A stretch of DNA of 64,000 nt from Octopus vulgaris (lineage: Eukaryota), in contig OX597819.1 of assembly GCA_951406725.2 (NCBI GenBank), positions 24,118,001 to 24,182,000 on the forward strand, given 5' to 3'. Below, piece after piece: positions 54,388 through 64,000 of this stretch. Numbering within the stretch: position 1 is the first letter of the stretch; each line of letters begins with the position of its first letter. The notes below the pieces were generated by a model. It made no database searches. It was not told the DNA's origin and worked only from the letters and a program-made list of their open reading frames with translations. The translations under genes were made by a program, and so were the position numbers.

Positions 54388-55259
54388 AGCTCTTAGAACA
54401 TATGGAGCCAGAACAAACACTGTTAAACATTTTATCCAGAGCTCTAGCATTTCTTACAATCTACCATTCTCAATTGGTATTCTATTTTATCTATCACGAA
54501 AGAGTGGAAAACGAAGCTGACATCGTCGCGATTTGAATCCCGAAATTAATGATCAACAAGTCCTTCAAGTTACCTTGGCAGACACTGTAACGATTCTGCC
54601 AATGTAGCCTTGTATATACACTTGCGTCAGAAATTAATTGGCACTTCTCAAATTTCTACATTAAATAGGTTAAATCAATTAACCTTATGAGCTGTTCAAA
54701 ACGTCTTACGCGATGAGAAAACTTAGTATGGTGTGATTTCGGTTCTTGCGAGGCGCTACCTATATCTATTAAACAAAGGAAGATTTGTCTGCATCCGCAC
54801 TCCAAGTTGTTGCACTGCTATGTCAACATCATAAGGCTGTAGACTCTCAAACTGCTCTGCAAACAAAGTTACGTCATCGTTCTGCGCAACAGTGAACTCG
54901 CAACAAAGCAATAGTTCGAGATATGGCCACTAGGTGACAGCACATACCTTGAGTGAAGAGCAAATCAAGGGTGCTAGTTAATTTCTGACGGTAGTGTAAG
55001 CATGGAATCATTTGAATGAGGCCGATGCTGAACCATCATAAAAAGGAATGATATACAGCTAAGTATGGCGACATTTAATAAATATTTAGAAAGTAGATAA
55101 GAAGATATAAGGGAAAAGGGACGATAGAAAACGTAACAGGATATTATTTTACAAACTGGCAGTTGGGTGTTCTCATCGGCAGCATGTGTGATAGTGAGCC
55201 TGCATACCTGGACATGTGTGTGGTATAGCGCGTTAGAAATATGCAAATGCATTCTGTGT

Positions 55260-56740
<1,481 letters not shown>

Positions 56741-57337
56741 CGTATACAAAACAGTTATTGATAAGGGATCATCAATACGGGCAAACTACTTCTTAAGATC
56801 TCTGATAATACAAATACACCCGGTTCACAAAAACTTTTCAGATTAGTACAGAACTCTAGGTAATCCGGAGGAATGATCCGAAGTTGAAGTCCATTAGCAG
56901 TCAGCTTTGTAAATCCAGAGTGGCATTCCCCAGTTAATATGGTATGTTTCCACAAACACGTAAATAATGAACTGTACATGTTTGTTTATTTGTTCATCAT
57001 GGACTTACAGCCGTTTATGATATGCATGTTAGGTGCTTTCATTGCCCTGTTAAATCCGTCGGTCGATTTACTGATTGAAAAAATTGAACGACCTTAACAA
57101 ATACTATGATCTTCAGAACCTGTGCGGTATTTGTTAATGTTTTCAATCGATCGACTGATTGAATAAACGGGACTATAAATGCACCCGAAATGCATATCAG
57201 AAACAGTTGTAAGGTTACGGTGCGCAAATAAATAAATATGTAAAGCCCATTATTTATGTCATTTCTTTCACACACACACACACTCACGCGCGCGCGCACA
57301 CGCACACACACACATACACACACACACACACACACAG

Positions 57338-57497
57338 AGGCGCAGGCGTAGCTGTATGGTAAAAAGCTTGCTTCTCAGACACATGGTTCTGGATTCAGTT
57401 CCACCACGTGGCACTTTAAGCAAGTGTCTTCTTTAGCATCGGGTCAACAAACGCCTTGTCAGTGGATTTCGTAGTCGGAAACTGAAAGAAACCCGTC

Positions 57498-57543
<46 letters not shown>

Positions 57544-57775
57544 TGTATATGTATATATATATCTATATATGTCTGTGTTTGTTCCCCACCACCACCATCA
57601 AAACTTGACAACCGCTGTTGGTGTGTTTGTGTACCTGTAAATCAGTGGTTCGGCAAAAGAGACCGATAGAATAAACACTAGTCTTTAGAAAAAAGAATAG
57701 AGTGGATTCATTCGACTAAAATTTCAATGCAGTGTCCCAGCATGGCCGCAGTCTAATGACTAAAACAAATAAAAG
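57338..57775 (+). mobile_element. SINE group 3, full length, diverged
   Basis: Head ggcgcaggcgtagctgtatggtaa through tail cccagcatggccgcagtctaatgactaaaac. Confidence 0.82.
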
Positions 57776-57782
57776 GTGTAAG

Positions 57783-57813
<31 letters not shown>

Positions 57814-58629
57814 CATACATATATATATATATACATGTATCTATATCTGTATGGAAGCGCACGTGTGTGAGCTCACAAACAACATGTGCATAAAATCTAT
57901 AAAATATATATCTATATTTGTAAAACGTATATATTTTATCCCTTCATTATTTAAAGTTGAAGGGTTGCGCCATATGGAGCACTGTTGATACAATTTCTTT
58001 AGCTTTTACAGTACTCAACTTTTGGTGAATGAGGGAGTTTAAAACTTCTGCTCCGAATTGTGCTTCCTGCAATGATGTTGGTTCGTCAGACACACACACA
58101 CACATTCTTGAGTTTTACACGTAAGGCAAGTTGGTTGATGTGTCATCATGTTTTCGGGACAAAACCTTTATCGTTGTGGTAGAATCCTTTAAACAATTAT
58201 TACTATACAAACAACATACAAGCCCCAAATCGGCACCTTTGGTGAGGTAAAAATCCACAAAGCCAACTAACCTCAGCATTTGGCTTAAAATCAGAAATAT
58301 TACGGCAGAAACTAAAATTACTTCCATTGAAAAACAACTAAGTACGTTTACAACTCACAAGCCCCAAATCGATGTCTTCCAATTTTGTGTCGAAGACGGA
58401 TTTTAAAGGGGTGTTGGTGAACGTAAATGGATTAAGGAAAATTAAAAAGGAAAAGGAACAGCGATGAACAGGCGAAAAGAGAAGAAAAAACAACGAAAAA
58501 AAGAAGCAAAAGAAGATAAAAATGAAAAAGAAAAGGGGAAGTCGAAAAGCAAGCAAGCAAGCAAACAGGAAAGAAAAGAAACGAAAAATAATGAAGAAAT
58601 CAAATGAATGAAGTGCAAGGAAAAAGGAA

Positions 58630-58663
<34 letters not shown>

Positions 58664-59325
58664 GCGGCAATGTAAGAAGCGTGTATTAAAATCAAGTTCA
58701 TGTAGTTGACCGGAGAAAAGCTTCTCCTTACTATGTCTAACAACACATTTTATCTCCTTTCAGATTATTATTACTTTCATCATAAAGCGAAACAATTTAC
58801 TAATATTAACCCCCACACCCCCAACGCAACTGATCCAATTTACCTCATTTTTGCAACAAATAAACAAATAAATACAAAAACACTATTATAATCAAAGAGC
58901 AAACACGAAATCCCTTTCAGGTGTATGTTCTGTTCGTTTTTTTTTTTTTTTTTTTTGGGTGTGAAAAAAATAAAAGGGGTTTTATGTTTTCTTTTATAGT
59001 TGCGATTATATTCTCTTTTCGCGTATTTTACTTTTCGTCTCCGATGTCGGCACTTTTCAGTAGCAATTATTACAATCGTTGTTTTACAATGGCAATGTCC
59101 TGAGAAGTTGATGCTAAGAAAAAGAGAAAAAGAGAAAAAAAAACCCCAAAAAATTCTCAAACGTGATCCTTTAAAATGTTGGTAAATTACTTTTCTGCTC
59201 ACCAATTGCTCCACCAGAATTTTCACGAAGCAATTTTAAAGAGAGGAGAAACTGAGAATAAAAAGGAAAAACAGCGGAACATAGAAATCGTAAAAGGAAG
59301 GTGAGAAAAGAGAAAGACTGAGACA

Positions 59326-59400
<75 letters not shown>

Positions 59401-59642
59401 GTGATAGACTAAAGAAACCTTATTTCATATTCAGCAAGGACAAAGTGTCATTTCGTTTACTCTTTTTAATTAGGTTTTGATGGTAGGCTCCCACCATAAA
59501 CACCATATTTCCGAGTTATTTTTTTTAATGTTATATGCAAAAACCTTAAGAATACCGAATACTTCCAAATAGGCAGCTGAAGTTGTTAATTTTTGTTATT
59601 ACTCTTTTGCTCGTGTTAATAAGATGGGGGTGGCTTATTGCA

Positions 59643-59695
<53 letters not shown>

Positions 59696-59994
59696 GGAGG
59701 TGCGTGTGTATGTGCGTGCGTGCGTGCGTGCGTGTCTGAGCGTGTGTTTGCGTTATAGTTTCTAAGCAACGTGGGAAATGACAGAAAGGTGATAATGAGA
59801 ACTTAAGTACATAAGAGAGTTCACTCAAGTAGACTAGATATTTGTCATACCCTATGTCATACCCTGTGCTCATCTATCTCGAGAAATAATAGAAAGCTTT
59901 GGTATGAGAACACATAACTATAACACGAACACACACGCACGCACATAGACACAAGCACACTCATAAAAAGATGATATAATGTATACATATATAT

Positions 59995-60039
<45 letters not shown>

Positions 60040-60232
60040 CATATGTATTTGTGTGTATATATGTAGTTGCATATATATAGAGAGATATACACATATATAG
60101 TGATATATGTATGTATATATATATGTATTTGCATATATATATACATATATACACATATATAGTTATATACGCATGTATATATACATGTATTTGTGTGTAT
60201 ATATATATATTCTTCTAATATATATATATATA

Positions 60233-60263
<31 letters not shown>

Positions 60264-60599
60264 GCATACCAACTGACAGGCAGAGAGATAGAGAGAGAGG
60301 GGGGAGACAAAGAGACAGGTAGACAGACAGAATGGCTGAATTAGCCAAAGTTGCCTTAGTGCTGCATATGCAGAAAATATACATATCTATTTTTTGATGT
60401 TGCATTACTCAAGGTTTTATGGAGGACATTTTGCATGTAATTATATTTATGTTATTGCCATACAGGTGCATGTCTAAAGTAAAATATTTCTAGGTGCTTC
60501 TGATGTGGGAATGTTTTGAGGTTTCTATTATAGAATTTTTCGTTGTTTAAGAAAATGATCTCTTTGTTTTTTTTTACATTATATCTTTTCTCGTAATTC

Positions 60600-61960
60600 T
60601 TATTTCATTTCGAAGACAAAAAATAATTTTTGTGTTGGTGTATAGTGCTCTGATGAAAAGATGTCTGTTTTTCCCCACACATGACCATGCTATACATGAG
60701 TCAAATATGGACTTGTCAGCACAAATCGATCAACAAAGAAACTTTAATTGAAACATTTCATTGGCATTTCTTGAGATAGGCCGTTGAGTGTGTCACATTT
60801 GTCTTATTTTGACATCTCTGCACTTAATATCAACTGATAGTTGCTCATCGCTTCCAACTGAAATAAAACTTTTGCAAATAAGGCCGCTGAAACAGTTCTG
60901 TTCAGTGCAACTGACGTATTGAAAGAAATGTGAAAGTTTTTCGTTTCCAAATATAGTTTTCTTTTAAGCAATTTGTCAGTTCATCAGCTAGTATACCCTT
61001 TGCGATCATTGGCAGAGTTTACCTCAAATCCTGAGAGGATGAGACTGTGCGTCCGTGCATGATGTAAGTATTACCTCAGATTTTGTACGGTACCACCATT
61101 AACCATCGATGCTCGTCTGCAAGACATGCAATTATCTCAGACTTTTCCACTTGGCCAGCGTCAGAACCTTTGCTATCTAGATCCTATGGGTAACATTGCA
61201 GACAAGGGTGTCATTGTGTGAAAGGTTGAGAGGCAGCCTAAATGTAGAATAAACAGTCCTGTCACCGGTGTGCAAAGTTGCAGCAGTGCCGAGTGAGGTT
61301 CACTGAAATAGCAACCTGCTTACAGGAACGAACTTTCAACCCAAACTGGCACAGCTTAGATTTACCGTTTTCACCAGAAACATCAAGGAAAACTATTCAT
61401 AGGGACTCATATACCATCACTTGTTTGATCTTTGTATAAACTTTTGTTTTATTATCCGGAATCAAGAATAATTCAATTCGGTGGTCATTCGGATTCAGTT
61501 GTTAATGCCGATGTAATTCGTACCGCAGCTAGCAACTCACACCGTTCTGATGCCTTGCCAGCCAGGAACTGTATAGAATTTTCAACGAGTAGCAGTTCTT
61601 GGCTGTGCATGGAAGATGTGAATATTAGTGTGAGTTATTTTATAATCCTTTTGGTACTTGAAACCATATGTATTCTGTTACACTGTCTTGGTGATAATGT
61701 CAAATTTTTTAAGGACTGGATAATAAACAAGCAGGGAACATGGTGGAAAAGAAGTTCCGCATCATACAAAGAAAATACTAAGAAGTACTCTTCTAAAATA
61801 CTGCTCCACTCTGAATAATCTTCCAAGAGAGATCTCTGGCAAGCATCGCGCTATGTTGCACTAGCATATCAGGCATCTGCACTGGGGCCCGGGAATGATG
61901 TTGGACCATGAACATTGTGAAGGGGTTGTCTGAGAATTAAATAGGTGATTAAAATTCTTC
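60600..61960 (-). pseudogene. Degraded Helitron Rep/helicase (PIF1-like) coding remnant
   Basis: Minus-strand fragments in the expected order: HNVHGPTSF, RDACQR..LLEDYSEWSSILEE, RTVYSTFRLPLNLSHNDTLVCNV, QDLR*TLPMIAKGILADELTNCLKENYIW, SCVGKNRHLFI...TKII. Confidence 0.75.
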
Positions 61961-62149
61961 ATTCAACAAGGTAGCTCACGTTATCATAAATAATTGAAGA
62001 TAGAAAATACTTTATTTTTTTCATCGCTTCACATTCAAATTTGTATGTATTCATATCGAATCTTTTTACTTGAAGTATTAATGAGTATCTGCAACAAATA
62101 AAGAAACAATTATATTTCGCAAAAGTATATATGTATAAAACATCGATTT

Positions 62150-62572
62150 CTAATTTCTGGAACAAGGTCCGCAATTTCGGGGGAAGGGATAAGTCGATTA
62201 CACCGACGCCAGTGCTAAACTGGCACTTTTTTCAACGACCCTGAAAGGATGTAAGGCAAAATCGATCTCTGCGGAATTTGAATTCAGAACGTAAAGACGG
62301 ACGAAATGGTGTCAATTATTTTCCTCCGGCGTGCTAACGATTCTGCCAGTTCGCCGATCTATATATATATTTCAACATTTGGCACAAGGATAGCAAATTC
62401 AGAAGGCGAGTAAGTCGATCATGTCGACTCCAGTGTTCAAATGGGGCTTATTTTATTGACCCCGGAAGCATGGAAGGAAAAGTCACCCTCAACGGAATTT
62501 GAACGCAGAACATGTGAAAAGGCCGCGAAGCATTTCGCTCAGGGTGGTAACAATCCTGCCAGCTTGCCGTCT
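62150..62572 (-). mobile_element. Two decayed SINE group 2 copies
   Basis: Core and head motifs. Confidence 0.72.
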
Positions 62573-62932
62573 TAATTTACAAACGTAAAATGATAGAAAG
62601 ATATCGTTATTAAAATTTCTCGTGAAAAAAATTATTTTGTCAAAAAATTAGCGCTCGATTTCAAATGGCATCGACTATACAAAATAAACTATTTCGTTGT
62701 TTTAAGTTTCAATATACGTTTACTTTATGGACTTATATATTACGTTTGAAAAATATATATTCAGTATAATAATAAAGTGTTTTTTATAGAGTTTAAAACG
62801 TGAATGTTTTAGAATTGAAATGTCAAACATGACCCATGGTATCTGAAACGGTGTAGTTACTTCAAATGTAAAAGTTTAATGATGACGACGTTCCAAATAT
62901 ATGCTATACATACAAGCACTCACGCACGCACA

Positions 62933-63001
<69 letters not shown>

Positions 63002-63250
63002 CGGAAGGATACACACATGCTTTAAATAGATATCGTTACTTTTCTTGTTTCTTATTATCTTCCTCATTCTATTTTGATAAAGGGTTCATACGAAACGTCA
63101 GGCTACTTCTTTCTCTTTTCCTGTTTTTCGGCGTACTGTACAAAATTTTTATTGTTTTGTTTTTATGAGTTTGTGTTAACATTTTGTCCATCACTTTTCG
63201 AATTTTTGTCCACATTTTCTAAAATCTCATGTTGTCCATCTGTCCATCTC

Positions 63251-63280
63251 TCATCATCATCGTCATCATCATCATCATCG

Positions 63281-63327
<47 letters not shown>

Positions 63328-63379
63328 GTCATCATCATCATCATCATCGTCATCATCATCATCGTCATCATCATCGTCG

Positions 63380-63441
<62 letters not shown>

Positions 63442-64000
63442 GTCGTCGTCGTTTAACATCCGTTTTCGAAGCCGGCTTGGGCTGGACGGTTTGACTGAGC
63501 GCTGACCAGCCAGAAAGCTGCACCGGGCTCCAATCCGATCTGGCAAAAATTTCTACAGCTGCATGCCCTTCCTAACGCCAACAACTCCGTGAGTGTAGTG
63601 GTTGCTTTTACTTGCCACCGGCACGAGGGCCAGTAGGCGGTACTGGCAACGATCACGCTCGAATGGTGCTTTTTACGTGTTACCGACACAGGAGCCAGTC
63701 AGGCGGCACTGGCAACGAGCACGCTCGAATGGTGCTTTTTACGTGTTACCGGCACGGGAGCCAGTCAGGCGGCACTGGCAACAACCACGCTCGAATGGTG
63801 CTTTTTACGTGTTACCGGCACGGGACCAGTCAGGCGGTACTGTCATCGGCCACGACGACAACTTCACTTGTTTCAACAGGTCTTCGCAAGTGGATTTTAT
63901 TGCCCAATGTTTGAAGGTTACTCTGAAATGGGCTGGTTATGCTGCACCGGCACAGGCCACGGTTACGGTCTCACTTGGCTTGACGGATCTTCTCAAGCAC
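63251..64000 (-). mobile_element. RTE-like retroposon 3' region with (GAT)n tail and internal 65-66-bp tandem repeat
   Basis: (CAT)n at 63251-63451 abuts ttaacatccgtttt...ggacggtttgac...tgcccttcctaacgccaac; tandem units start near 63630, 63695, 63761 and 63826. Confidence 0.6.

Noticed and set aside
56755-56979. 74-aa non-repetitive ORF or possible host exon
   Set aside because: No recognisable domain and no convincing splice context.

Overview
This is AT-rich, repeat-saturated eukaryotic (animal) DNA, not prokaryotic. The SINE and microsatellite content resembles an octopus or other coleoid cephalopod genome (inference from recognition, not a search). I found no host-gene exon I can support, and almost all ORFs in the track are translated microsatellites. 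The window contains dozens of tRNA-derived SINEs of three groups, decayed LINE 3' ends (R4/Dong-like, CR1-like, L1/Tx1-like, RTE-like), Tc1 and rosa-type (DD41D) transposon relics, several MITEs, a Helentron-associated (HINE/DINE-1-like) element and a degraded Helitron. The standout is a young ~3.3 kb Penelope-like element (2943-6210) sitting in (TA)n. It has an uninterrupted GIY-YIG endonuclease frame with a long Asn-rich linker, enclosed by 486-bp near-perfect inverted arms. Each arm carries an outward-facing type I hammerhead ribozyme with a long helix II and a self-complementary minimal helix III. A second, non-coding family with the same hammerhead and inverted-arm design occurs at 29897-30276 and 34317-34530. 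All coordinates and alignments were read by eye.
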